DNA of 64,000 nucleotides from an archaeon (GTDB lineage Archaea; Undinarchaeota; Undinarchaeia; Undinarchaeales; JBDRKL01), in assembly GCA_043814055.1 (NCBI GenBank), contig JBDRKL010000010.1, positions 20,685 through 84,684 of the forward strand, in the 5' to 3' direction. Numbering within the stretch: position 1 is the stretch's first letter; the number at the start of each line of letters is the position of its first letter. Under the pieces are notes generated by a model that made no database searches, had not been told where the DNA came from, and saw only the letters and a list, made by a program, of their open reading frames with translations. Below are positions 16,842 through 25,984 of this stretch, in pieces. The translations under genes were made by a program, and so were the position numbers.

Positions 16842-16940
16842 TTGTAGGTAGTAGTTAGTAGTAAGTAGTTGGTAGTATGTAGTTAGTAATAACCACAAAC
16901 TACAGACTATGAACTACAAACCACAAACTAATAGCTACAA
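16842..16940. repeat. strand-skewed imperfect palindrome (GTAGT-rich arm followed by ACTAC-rich arm) between convergent genes
   Basis: The left arm gtaggtagtagttagtagtaagtagttggtagtatgtagttagt lacks C. The right arm aaccacaaactacagactatgaactacaaaccacaaactaatagctac lacks G. The segment is full of stop codons in all frames. Probably a bidirectional terminator or insulator. Confidence 0.6.
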
Positions 16941-17561
16941 CTATTTCTTAAGCCACTTAACCCCAAGATAGCAGAACGGGGTGTCAAGCGCTGCGAACAG
17001 GACTTTTACAATCCAGTAGGGTATTATGAGCGCAGTTATGAACGCAACGCCTGCGTATGGAGTAACTCCATAAAATGCGATGAACATGAATATCGTGGTG
17101 TCAATGAGCTGGCTCACTAGTGTTGACGCGTTGTTGCGGAGCCAGAGGTATTTTCCATTTGTCTTTTTCTTCCAGAAGTTGAACGCCCAGACATCGTGGG
17201 TTTGCGAGATTCCAAAAGCGATTATGCTAGCTATAAAAATTCTCAGGGATGCTGAAAAGACTTTGGTATACTCAGCTGGGAAAAAGTCCCGCGCTGCAGA
17301 AGGCAGGTAAACCGCGATTGCGGTTATTATGAGTACAAATACGAGTGATATTATGCCTGCGTTCACCAAGCTCTGGGCTCTTTCCCTGCCATGCACTTCC
17401 TCAATTATGTCTGTCACAAGGAAAGTTATTGGAAAAGCGAGTATGCCTGTGGAAGCGATGAAAATTCCAAAGTCAGCTATCTTCGTGCCCATCAGGTTTG
17501 CAGCGACTAGCGCGCCTATGAAAAGCGCGGAAAGGATTGTTGTTTTTTGTTCAATGTTCAT
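16941..17561 (-). CDS. yhhQ: queuosine-precursor transporter (YhhQ/VUT family, DUF165)
   Basis: 206-aa polytopic membrane protein. The N-terminal LFIGALVAANLMGTKI...AFPITFLVTDIIEEVHGRE matches the YhhQ family pattern. Confidence 0.7.
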   Translation of the reverse strand: MNIEQKTTILSALFIGALVAANLMGTKIADFGIFIASTGILAFPITFLVTDIIEEVHGRERAQSLVNAGIISLVFVLIITAIAVYLPSAARDFFPAEYTKVFSASLRIFIASIIAFGISQTHDVWAFNFWKKKTNGKYLWLRNNASTLVSQLIDTTIFMFIAFYGVTPYAGVAFITALIIPYWIVKVLFAALDTPFCYLGVKWLKK

Positions 17562-17603
17562 AATTCTGGGTTTTATGGGGGTGTAGTTTAAATGGTTTTT
17601 TGT

Positions 17604-19154
17604 TCACGCCTGCAAATACACGTCCGTTTGCCTCTCTATGCCAAGCTCTACTTCAAGTGCACTCACATGGTTCCAAAATTCATTGGCACTCTTTTGGTAG
17701 AGGTCTATGTCTTTTACTATATCCTTCAGGGTTTTTTCCCTGGGTGTATTTCCTTCCTGAGGGGTATTCTCTTTCAATTGGTCTGCTTTTTCCCGCAAGA
17801 AAATTGTTGCTACGTCTTCTGTGCGCACATCACTTCCGGCCTCTCTAAGCTTTTCTTGTTTTTCCTTCAATTTTTTGGCGAGCAACACACCCAATTCGGC
17901 AAGTGAAACTTTTTGTTTTTTCAGGCCTTTTGTATAATCCTCAGTCAAGCCTTTTATCGCCAGATTTTGCGCCTTCTGCCACACAAGTTTTGCTATTATC
18001 AAATTTGAAAGAAGCTTAAGTCGCAAATTAGGTTCATAGTCCGGCAGGCTGTCAAGTGGCTCGTAGCACTTTCTGGCAAGGCCCAAGTTAGCTTCAACCG
18101 CTGATGCCTCATTTTTTAAACTTTTATAAAGTTCAAGTATCCCATTTAAAATGTCGCCCTTTTTTGAAGGCCTTGCATTAGCAGTCCCTTTGCCGGCAGC
18201 CTCGTATTTTTTATTGGCGTCTTTCAGCATTGCCTCAAACTTAGCGTTCCCTAAATAAACCTCAAAGTGGGTGGCCTTGAGCATGAGGCAGTCGCCAACT
18301 CCTTCAATCGCTGTTGAGTGCTCATTTGATCTTGACACGCTTAGCTGCTCTACCTGACTGAACCTTTTAATTGCTGTATCAACCAGCCTGTGCTGGGGGT
18401 CATAGTTCTTAAATGCCTTTAGGAGGCATACTTGGCCAACGTAGAACGCTGAGCGTTTTATCAGTTCTGTATGCCCTTTCTGCGTTGCATATTCCAGGGC
18501 TTCCTTCAGTTCTGTATAGGCAGCCGTATAATTCTGCCTCTTGGTCTGCACTTTGCCGAGCTCAAGCTGAATCTCTGCAATCTTTAGCTTATTTTCGATC
18601 TCTACTGCGAGATTCTTTGCGCATTTAAGCGCCGTAACGGCCTTTTCATATTCCGGACATTCCCGCTTTGCAGAGGTGCCTTTTTCATCTCCGCGCAGAA
18701 CGTAGATTTTTGCCAGATATTTCTTTGCATCTATTTTCAGATCGATTTCTTCAGAGGCCCCAACTATCTCAAGATAAGTCACTGCAGTTCCTAATTGTAT
18801 TTTTGATTTATTCTTTCGCCCCTCCTCAAAGGACGAAATGCCAAGCATCAAGGCAATCGGCACGCGAATCTTGCGGCTAAACGGAGCGCTAGAATCCAGG
18901 CAGAGCATACAGTAGTCTATGGCTTCTCCATACTCTTTGGCTTCAAAAGAAACAACTGTAAGCCCGAGCAGTGCGCGGTATTTGTCGTCAGACCTATCAG
19001 GTGCAGCTTTGAGCGCTCTTCCAAAATTAGCTAAACCGCCCTCCAAATCTTTTTTTTCCAGGCTCTGTATCCCTTCTTTCAAGCCGTCAACTGCACCCTT
19101 GGCAATCTCTCCTTTTAGCCACTTTATCATGCCCCTTAGCTTGAACAAATTCAT
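17604..19154 (-). CDS. hypothetical all-alpha (TPR-like) protein
   Basis: 516-aa ORF with repeated helix-pair segments. No enzymatic motif. Confidence 0.5.
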   Translation of the reverse strand: MNLFKLRGMIKWLKGEIAKGAVDGLKEGIQSLEKKDLEGGLANFGRALKAAPDRSDDKYRALLGLTVVSFEAKEYGEAIDYCMLCLDSSAPFSRKIRVPIALMLGISSFEEGRKNKSKIQLGTAVTYLEIVGASEEIDLKIDAKKYLAKIYVLRGDEKGTSAKRECPEYEKAVTALKCAKNLAVEIENKLKIAEIQLELGKVQTKRQNYTAAYTELKEALEYATQKGHTELIKRSAFYVGQVCLLKAFKNYDPQHRLVDTAIKRFSQVEQLSVSRSNEHSTAIEGVGDCLMLKATHFEVYLGNAKFEAMLKDANKKYEAAGKGTANARPSKKGDILNGILELYKSLKNEASAVEANLGLARKCYEPLDSLPDYEPNLRLKLLSNLIIAKLVWQKAQNLAIKGLTEDYTKGLKKQKVSLAELGVLLAKKLKEKQEKLREAGSDVRTEDVATIFLREKADQLKENTPQEGNTPREKTLKDIVKDIDLYQKSANEFWNHVSALEVELGIERQTDVYLQA

Positions 19155-19169
19155 ATATAAAGATTAGTG

Positions 19170-19853
19170 CTATCGATTTCTCTTTAACATCTGCTTTATT
19201 TTTTCACTCTTCAGCTCCCTTATCGCGTCGTTCGCAATCCACTTTGCAGCTTTTGAATCAATCTTCTGAATTTCTTTTGCAACTTTAATAGCTTTTTTGT
19301 TCAGCGCCAAATTCCTTTTGCCAATCTGCCTAAGCGCCCAGTTCACAGCTTTCTTCACAAAGTTGCGCTCGTCTGTTGAATATTTTTTAATAATTGGCAA
19401 AAACTTCTTAAACTGCGCATCAGGTGCTTTCTTGTCGTGCACAGCAGAGGTTGCCATAAGCACAAACCCTGTCCGCTTTACAAATTCCTCGTCGCGCTTG
19501 GTCCATTCCACAGCTTTTCTGTAAACAAAAGGCGTCTTGTCAAACAGGTTGCTGCAGCACTGGTCCACGATGTCCCAGGAATTAAAATCCTTAACCCAGC
19601 GATCCATCTGTGCCTCTGTAACCTTGTCAACTTCATCAATGAGCGGCGCGAGTATTCTTGCCTCGTGGATTCCCGTGTCCCAAAGCTTCTGCGCAAGCGT
19701 GTGGCTCTTCCCAATCTGCTTTGCCATTTTGCGCACAACCGGCACTGACACTCCGAGCATTTTCCCGCCCTGAATTCCAAACCTCTGCATACCTTCAACG
19801 TTCTTCGGGTTTGCGTGCGACTGGAGCTGTTTGATTATTTCAGTCTTGTTCAT
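19170..19853 (-). CDS. DNA alkylation repair protein (AlkD-like HEAT-repeat family)
   Basis: 227 aa. The N-terminal LQSHANPKNVEGMQRFGI...LWDTGIHEARILA is typical of the DNA alkylation repair enzyme family. Confidence 0.7.
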   Translation of the reverse strand: MNKTEIIKQLQSHANPKNVEGMQRFGIQGGKMLGVSVPVVRKMAKQIGKSHTLAQKLWDTGIHEARILAPLIDEVDKVTEAQMDRWVKDFNSWDIVDQCCSNLFDKTPFVYRKAVEWTKRDEEFVKRTGFVLMATSAVHDKKAPDAQFKKFLPIIKKYSTDERNFVKKAVNWALRQIGKRNLALNKKAIKVAKEIQKIDSKAAKWIANDAIRELKSEKIKQMLKRNR

Positions 19854-19946
19854 ATTGGCTATTGGCGGTTAGCTGTTAGCCAACTGCCAACCCCCTGCTA
19901 ACTACTAATCCAAACCTTGATAAATACTTTAGCACTATATCCTGTT

Positions 19947-20792
19947 ATGACTGTCCAAATAATTGACGGCAAGGCAATCGCGGAGGAAATCCGCGGAAAG
20001 CTCAGGGATAAAATCACCGAGCTCAAGCTAACCCCTGGCCTCGCAGTGATTCAAGTTGGGAACAACTCTGCTTCTAAAATCTACGTGAGCAGCAAGCGCA
20101 AGGCGTGCGAAGAAACCGGCATCTACATCGACGTTCACAGGCTACCTGCAGGCACGAAAGAATCTGAAGTCATCGCGCTTGTCAAAAAGCTCAACAAGGA
20201 CTCTAAAATTCACGGCATTCTCGTCCAGCTCCCTCTGCCTGATAAGATTGACGAGCGCGCGGTTCTGGATACAATTAATTCTGAAAAGGATGTTGACGGT
20301 CTCACGAAGAAAAATCTCGGCGCGCTGTTCATAGGAAATCCTCGCATAATTCCCTGCACCCCGCGCGGCATTATGAAGCTCATCAAGAGCACAGGGGTAG
20401 AGCTTGAGGGGAAGCACGCGGTGGTCATCGGAAGGAGTATGCTTGTTGGAAAACCAATTGCGATGCTTCTCCAGCAGAAGAACTGCACAGTCACGATGTG
20501 CCATTCACGAACCAAGAATCTTGAAGAGCACACAAAGACTGCGGATATTTTGGTCTCCGCGGTTGGGGTCCCCCAACTAATTACAGGAGAAATGATAAAG
20601 GAAGGCGCGGTAGTGATTGATGTTGGAATAAACCGCTTGGATAACGGCAAGGTGGTCGGCGATGTTGATTTTAAATCTGCAAAAGAAAAAGCAGCGTTCA
20701 TAACCCCTGTGCCAGGCGGGGTCGGACCGATGACAGTCGTCTCATTGCTGGAGAATGTTGTGGAAGCCGCAGCGAGAATTGCAAACCCATAA
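19947..20792 (+). CDS. folD: bifunctional methylenetetrahydrofolate dehydrogenase/methenyl-THF cyclohydrolase
   Basis: Starts at ATG 19947 (MTVQIIDGKAIAEEIR). Carries VQLPLP, GRSMLVGKP and PVPGGVGPMT blocks. Confidence 0.9.
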   Translation: MTVQIIDGKAIAEEIRGKLRDKITELKLTPGLAVIQVGNNSASKIYVSSKRKACEETGIYIDVHRLPAGTKESEVIALVKKLNKDSKIHGILVQLPLPDKIDERAVLDTINSEKDVDGLTKKNLGALFIGNPRIIPCTPRGIMKLIKSTGVELEGKHAVVIGRSMLVGKPIAMLLQQKNCTVTMCHSRTKNLEEHTKTADILVSAVGVPQLITGEMIKEGAVVIDVGINRLDNGKVVGDVDFKSAKEKAAFITPVPGGVGPMTVVSLLENVVEAAARIANP

Positions 20793-20823
20793 TATTTATA
20801 CCAGTATTCTTTAAAACAATTCA

Positions 20824-21366
20824 ATGGGCGAAACTAAAAACAATAATCAAACTCTTCACCCGCCGCACAAGCAGATGACTTTTGGCGAGCGCGCGGCTGA
20901 CAAGCTTACTGTGATTGCAGGAAGCTGGACATTTATCATAAGTCTCCTAATCCTCCTCGCTATATGGGTAATGATAAATGCATATGCGCTGGGCATTCTG
21001 CACTGGGATCCCTATCCCTTCATACTTCTCAATTTAATCCTATCCTGCCTTGCAGCGTTTCAGGCGCCTGTTATCCTGATGAGCCAGAACAGGCAATCTA
21101 TTATTGACAGGCGCAGGTTTGAGTACGACTATGCTGTTAACAGAAAAGCAGAGCACGAGGTTGCGAACATGCAAAAAGATTTGGAAGACATCAAGGACTT
21201 AATCTGGACAGTTAAGCAGGATTACAAGCTCAACGTGAAGACTGACAAGAGTGTTGATCACTTGAAACAGCACATATCGGACATAAAGAAGACTCACACA
21301 GAAACCACAAAACACCTTGAAGGTATTAAGAAAGATTTGAGCCATTTAAAGAAAGGGATGAAATAA
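20824..21366 (+). CDS. DUF1003-family membrane protein
   Basis: 180 aa. FGERAADKLT, two TM helices, and a PFILLNL...FQAPVILMSQNRQ block. Confidence 0.65.
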   Translation: MGETKNNNQTLHPPHKQMTFGERAADKLTVIAGSWTFIISLLILLAIWVMINAYALGILHWDPYPFILLNLILSCLAAFQAPVILMSQNRQSIIDRRRFEYDYAVNRKAEHEVANMQKDLEDIKDLIWTVKQDYKLNVKTDKSVDHLKQHISDIKKTHTETTKHLEGIKKDLSHLKKGMK

Positions 21367-22413
21367 TTATACTTTGAACTTTCCATTTTCTAGAAGCACA
21401 GTGCCATTCTTTCTTTGCATGCCCTTTTTTATATTTCTATAAACAGTTATTGTTGGCTTGAGCAGTAGTCTGTCACGATGAGTTCCGCCTATGATCCTAC
21501 CCTGTAGTTCTTTGTTATTGCCAACTGCAAAGTGGCAGGTTTCAAATGCTTTTTCAGATTCAAGCATAGTTTCCACAACTTTTGCTTTTGGATTTATTCC
21601 AATACCAATCTCGCCTATTACTAGGTCGTCGTCGCACTTCACGTCATCCCAATACAGCTTCGGCGCGTCGCTTTCCTTGCGTATTATCCTGCCTTTGCAC
21701 ACAGTGAACTTCATCGGTTCCTTTGCTTCCCAGCGCGGCAGCATTGCATCAACAACCAGAGTGCCATTGTTATGCTCGCTGAACTCAAACGGCACAAAGA
21801 AAACCTCGCCGCCTGGCAGGTTCCCCATCTTGTTCTTGGCCTTGTAAATCTCGCCAAGATCCTTTGTCACGCTTTTCACGTCAATTGTTGTGAAATAGTC
21901 AGTTCCAGCAGGAGTTGTAATGTGCATACACCTGCTCTTTTTGAGTATTTCGTAAAGCTTGTCTGCGCGGGTCTTCATGTCACGCATTTGCATCGGCGCG
22001 AGGTCAAGTGGTTCTGTGAAAGAACGGTGCAGCAGCATTGGCATTGAGGCAAAGCAGGCCTTGTGCTGCATTGCGGGCTTTACGCTGATGGTGGTTGTGT
22101 ATGACACGCCTGATTCTGGTGAAGTTATGAGAAAAATCTTGGTTGGGTATTTTCCCCCTGGCGGCTTAACCAATGCATCGTGCACGTCCTTGTGCGGTAT
22201 TCTTTTCTCGCCATTTAGGGGCGGGCTGGTTGGCTTTATGAAAAGGAGAACACGATCAGGATCCTCGGTTAAATCTATAGCAGCATTTGCTATTTCCTGT
22301 GCAATTTTTGCAACAATCTCATTTTGTTTATCTGCGTAAATAAGAACAATATCTTTTGGATTAACATTCATGCAAAATTCAGTTGCGATTATTGTAGCCC
22401 TAGATGATACCAT
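21367..22413 (-). CDS. aminopeptidase, M29 (AmpS/PepS-like) family
   Basis: 348 aa with GNLPGGEVFFVP and GEIGIGINP blocks. Confidence 0.65.
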   Translation of the reverse strand: MVSSRATIIATEFCMNVNPKDIVLIYADKQNEIVAKIAQEIANAAIDLTEDPDRVLLFIKPTSPPLNGEKRIPHKDVHDALVKPPGGKYPTKIFLITSPESGVSYTTTISVKPAMQHKACFASMPMLLHRSFTEPLDLAPMQMRDMKTRADKLYEILKKSRCMHITTPAGTDYFTTIDVKSVTKDLGEIYKAKNKMGNLPGGEVFFVPFEFSEHNNGTLVVDAMLPRWEAKEPMKFTVCKGRIIRKESDAPKLYWDDVKCDDDLVIGEIGIGINPKAKVVETMLESEKAFETCHFAVGNNKELQGRIIGGTHRDRLLLKPTITVYRNIKKGMQRKNGTVLLENGKFKV

Positions 22414-22422
22414 ATAAGATAA

Positions 22423-23109
22423 CTAGAACTCTTTGTATTTATTCCTTACTTCTTCCATCTTGCCGCAGGTCTTTGAGCCTTCAGGGCACGGTCCATTCAG
22501 GCACCCAGGTCCGGCGTTTTCAAAAATATTAGGCGCAACTTTCTTAATTTCCTTGAGCATCAGGTCAGCCATTTCGTGAATCTCCCACTGAGCTCGGTTG
22601 CAGCAGCGCAATTGGAAAAAGTGCAAAAGTGCGCGCGCGTTCATTGTAATCACAATGTTCGTGTGCGCAGCGTTCGGGTAAACATAGCGGGCGTCCTCTG
22701 GAGCAATGCCTGAATCAATGAGCTCTTTGTATGAGTCCGCTGCTTTCTTGATTGCTGCATCATACTTCTCCTTCTTTGCAGGGTCTTTCTCAATCTCAGG
22801 CGGGGTAACATATTCAAGCTCGTCAAACTTGACATACCTCTGGCTCTGCTGGGTATAGCTTGCGATACGGTGTCGTACTAACTGATGTGAACAAGCGCGT
22901 GAAATGCCCTCTATGCTGAAAGTAAACGAAGCGTGCTCAACAACTGACTCGTGGCCGTATTCAATAACTTTCTTAAGAATTTTAATCGCTTTCTCACCTT
23001 CAGTCTTCTCATATAAATCAGAGTAACTGCCCTCTTGAGTTGAAACCAGCGCTGCAGTGCCGCAGACCTTTTCAGGATCTTTTGTGTATGCTATGAGTTT
23101 TATTTTCAT
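22423..23109 (-). CDS. thyX: flavin-dependent thymidylate synthase
   Basis: 228 aa with the ThyX signature RHRIASYTQQSQRY. Confidence 0.9.
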   Translation of the reverse strand: MKIKLIAYTKDPEKVCGTAALVSTQEGSYSDLYEKTEGEKAIKILKKVIEYGHESVVEHASFTFSIEGISRACSHQLVRHRIASYTQQSQRYVKFDELEYVTPPEIEKDPAKKEKYDAAIKKAADSYKELIDSGIAPEDARYVYPNAAHTNIVITMNARALLHFFQLRCCNRAQWEIHEMADLMLKEIKKVAPNIFENAGPGCLNGPCPEGSKTCGKMEEVRNKYKEF

Positions 23110-23253
23110 TATTTTTGATATTGGTTAAAGTTTGTAAGATGTAGTCCGTAGTTCATAGTATCTAGTTTACCACTTATTACCTACTACCAACAGTCTATTA
23201 TCCACTATTTATTTAGGGAACATAATATAAATAACTAATTATTATCACATCCC

Positions 23254-24399
23254 ATGGACATACTCCTGTCGCTTGCAATGCTGCTTTTCGCTGCCAAGAT
23301 TGGCGGTTTTATCAGCAAGAAGATAGGTCAGTCAGCGGTCCTTGGGGAAATTGTTGCTGGCGTCATAATAGGGCCGAGCGCCTTCGGTCTCTTCACATAT
23401 ACTGAGTTCTTCAGCACGTTCTCTGAGCTGGGCATAGTTTTTCTCATGTTTTTGGTCGGGCTGGAGCTAAACATCAAATCATTTGAGCACTTTTTGAAAA
23501 GGGGCGCCCTAATAGCCCTGGTCGGGGCTTTCCTGCCATACTTAGTTGGGATTGCAGTAGCATCCCTGCTGTTCCATTGGAGCGCCCTGCAGAGCTTTTT
23601 GTTTGGGGTCATACTCATGGCTTCCAGTGTCACCATAACAGCAGCAATCCTAAGGGATTTGAAGAAATTGAAAAGCCCGATCGGTCTCACGATACTTGAC
23701 GCGGCAGTTGTTGATGACGTGATTGGCATTACTATGCTGACCTTTTTGCTGGCTGTGACAAAAGCGACCACTTTCTCAATAATAGATTTTGGCGGCATAA
23801 TGCTAAAAGTTCTCGTATTCTTCATCGGCGTCTTCCTCGCAGGCCCGCAGCTCGCAAAGTATGTTATTGCGCTAGGGGAGCATCTTGACCTCAGGGTTGA
23901 GGAGGGGCATCTCTCAGTAATAATAATATTAATCCTAACCCTGGCCATACTTGCCAATGCTATCGGGCTCTCCATAGTGGTGGGGGCTTTCCTCGCAGGC
24001 ATGATTCTGGACAAGAGGCGCGTAAAAGCAGCCGGCCACGAAATATACAGCATGGCCTATGGGCTGTTCGTCCCTGTGTTCTTCGTGCTTATCGGGAGCT
24101 ACGTAGTAGTCGGTACCCTGTTGAGTAATCTGCCGCTAATATTCTTGATTGTGGCAATAGCAATAATCACAAAGCTGGTGGGCGCCGGGCTAGGTGCCAG
24201 GCTCTCCAAGATGAACTGGCGCCAATCCCTGATTATCGGCGTCGGGATGATACCCCGCTGTGAGGTCGCTCTCATCCTGGCACTTATGGGCACGACACTC
24301 CACATAATAGACACTGAGATATACTCCGTACTTGTCACTGCAATTGTCTTGACAGCCATAGTAACTCCAATATTGCTCAAGGCGGTCATGAGGGACTAA
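23254..24399 (+). CDS. cation:proton antiporter (CPA2, Kef/NapA-like)
   Basis: 381 aa with about 11 TM segments. N-terminal GQSAVLGEIVAGVIIGPS block. Confidence 0.85.
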   Translation: MDILLSLAMLLFAAKIGGFISKKIGQSAVLGEIVAGVIIGPSAFGLFTYTEFFSTFSELGIVFLMFLVGLELNIKSFEHFLKRGALIALVGAFLPYLVGIAVASLLFHWSALQSFLFGVILMASSVTITAAILRDLKKLKSPIGLTILDAAVVDDVIGITMLTFLLAVTKATTFSIIDFGGIMLKVLVFFIGVFLAGPQLAKYVIALGEHLDLRVEEGHLSVIIILILTLAILANAIGLSIVVGAFLAGMILDKRRVKAAGHEIYSMAYGLFVPVFFVLIGSYVVVGTLLSNLPLIFLIVAIAIITKLVGAGLGARLSKMNWRQSLIIGVGMIPRCEVALILALMGTTLHIIDTEIYSVLVTAIVLTAIVTPILLKAVMRD

Positions 24400-25067
24400 T
24401 GGTAAAATGGCATTCACTTTCTGAGGACGACACAATTGAAAAAATGAATTCAAGCAAAAGCGGCTTGGACTCAAAAGAAGCAGCCGAGCGGCTCAAGGTA
24501 TATGACCCAAACCTTCTTGAGGTCGGCGACAAAGTTCCTGCAGACGCGCGCATAATTGAGCAGAGCAACCTGCACCTTGACGAGGCAATGCTTACAGGCG
24601 AGTCAGTGCCGGTATGCAAGACTGCAAAGGCAATCAATAAAGAAAATGCAATCCTGGTCGAGCGCAAGAACATAGCCCATATGGGCACTGTGGTCACGAA
24701 CGGCTGCTGCGAAGCCGTTGTAATCGGCACGGGAATGAAAACAGAGATGGGCAAGATTGCAAAGCTGATACAGGATGTTGAGGAAATGCAGACGCCTCTC
24801 CAAGTTAAGCTTCGCGACCTTGGAAAACAGCTTGGCATTATAATACTTGGAATCTGCGCGGTTGTGTTCTTCTCAAACAAGTTCCTGCTGCTTGCAATTG
24901 CAGTGTCACCAATAGGCCAAATATTGATACTTTACGTGCCCATGTTCCAGTTGGCATTCCACACAATGGCAATGGGCTTGTACGACTGGCTGCTCATCAT
25001 AGCTGTTGCAAGCACTGGCTTCATCTATCTTGAAGCTTATAAAGCAATTAGTCTTAGGAGGAAGTGA
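24399..25067 (+). pseudogene. relic of a P-type (Ca2+/cation) ATPase reduced in frame to 222 aa
   Basis: It retains the Cation_ATPase_N-like start (WHSLSEDDTIEKM..GLDSKEAAERLKVYDPNLLE) and the A-domain block (GDKVPADARII...DEAMLTGESVPV...GTGMKTEMGKIA..TPLQ). It also retains one TM helix and the last TM region (YVPMFQLAFHTMAMGLYDWLL). It lacks TM1-2, DKTGT and the N/P domains. Confidence 0.75.
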
Positions 25068-25984
25068 GTAACTTGAACTCTCTAACTTTCATCTACTTTG
25101 CAATCGGCTTAGTTGCTCTTATCAAAGGCGCGGACATATTCACTAACAGCGCGTCAAAGATTGCAAGGCACTACGGCCTCTCCGAGCTCGTTATAGGGCT
25201 TACCCTGGTTGCATTTGCAACTTCCCTGCCTGAGCTTGCAGTATCCGCCACTGCATCATTTTTTCATTCCTATGAAATAGCACTTGGCAATGTAATCGGC
25301 TCAAACATCGCCAATGTTGGCCTTGTTATTGGGCTCTCTGCTCTGGCTTTTCCAATTGTCGCGCGGTCTGAGGAAATTTCAGAATGTCTTGTGATGATTG
25401 GCGTTCTTATGGTGGCTTCAATTTTATTCATCTTTGGCCTGGTATTCTGGGAAGGCATTCTGCTTGTGATGTTCCTTTTTGCCTATGTCTGGAGCGCGCT
25501 GCGTGAGCACAAGCGCATCCTAGGGAAGAAAATCAAGACTAACATGTCAAAAAACATTATTCTCTGCCTAATCGGCGTTGCAGGCGTGGTAGCTGGCAGC
25601 CGATTTGTTGTTATATCATCTGTTGAAATAGCCAGATGGGCTGGCATATCTGAAATGGTTATCGGGATGACACTTATCGCAATAGGGACGTCCCTGCCTG
25701 AGCTGGCAACCTCGTTTGTCGCCGCGTTCAGGGGTATGCGAGAGCTTGCATTGGGCAACATCATAGGCAGCAACGTGTTCAACATCTCAGCTGTTCTCGG
25801 CATTTCAGCGCTCTTAAACCCAATACCAGTTGCTTCAAGCGTTCTAATGTTTGACGTTCCAATAATGATTGCTTTCTCAGTTCTAATGCTAATTTTTATG
25901 TGGACGCGAAAGAAGATAGGCCGGATTGAAGGTGGAATCTTGCTCCTGCTTTACCTTGGGTTCTTGTGTATGAATTTCCTCTAA
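25064..25984 (+). CDS. Ca2+/Na+ antiporter (CaCA family, YrbG/NCX_Mj-like)
   Basis: 306 aa with two alpha-repeats, GNVIGSNIANVGLVIG and GNIIGSNVFNI. The GTG start overlaps the upstream stop (GTGA). Confidence 0.85.
   Translation: MSNLNSLTFIYFAIGLVALIKGADIFTNSASKIARHYGLSELVIGLTLVAFATSLPELAVSATASFFHSYEIALGNVIGSNIANVGLVIGLSALAFPIVARSEEISECLVMIGVLMVASILFIFGLVFWEGILLVMFLFAYVWSALREHKRILGKKIKTNMSKNIILCLIGVAGVVAGSRFVVISSVEIARWAGISEMVIGMTLIAIGTSLPELATSFVAAFRGMRELALGNIIGSNVFNISAVLGISALLNPIPVASSVLMFDVPIMIAFSVLMLIFMWTRKKIGRIEGGILLLLYLGFLCMNFL

Noticed and set aside
20210-20824. 204-aa ORF antisense to folD. Similar long antisense or alternative-frame ORFs occur at 23328..24053, 24386..24880, 26165..26770, 32327..32989, 42564..43163 and 44329..44802.
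   Set aside because: Each lies entirely within a gene that has strong motif support on the other strand or frame. Their products are low-complexity (Ser/Pro/Arg-rich) and have no motifs, which is typical of shadow ORFs.
24399-25067. Functional cation-pumping P-type ATPase.
   Set aside because: It lacks the DKTGT phosphorylation site, the nucleotide-binding domain and most TM helices, so it cannot be a pump.
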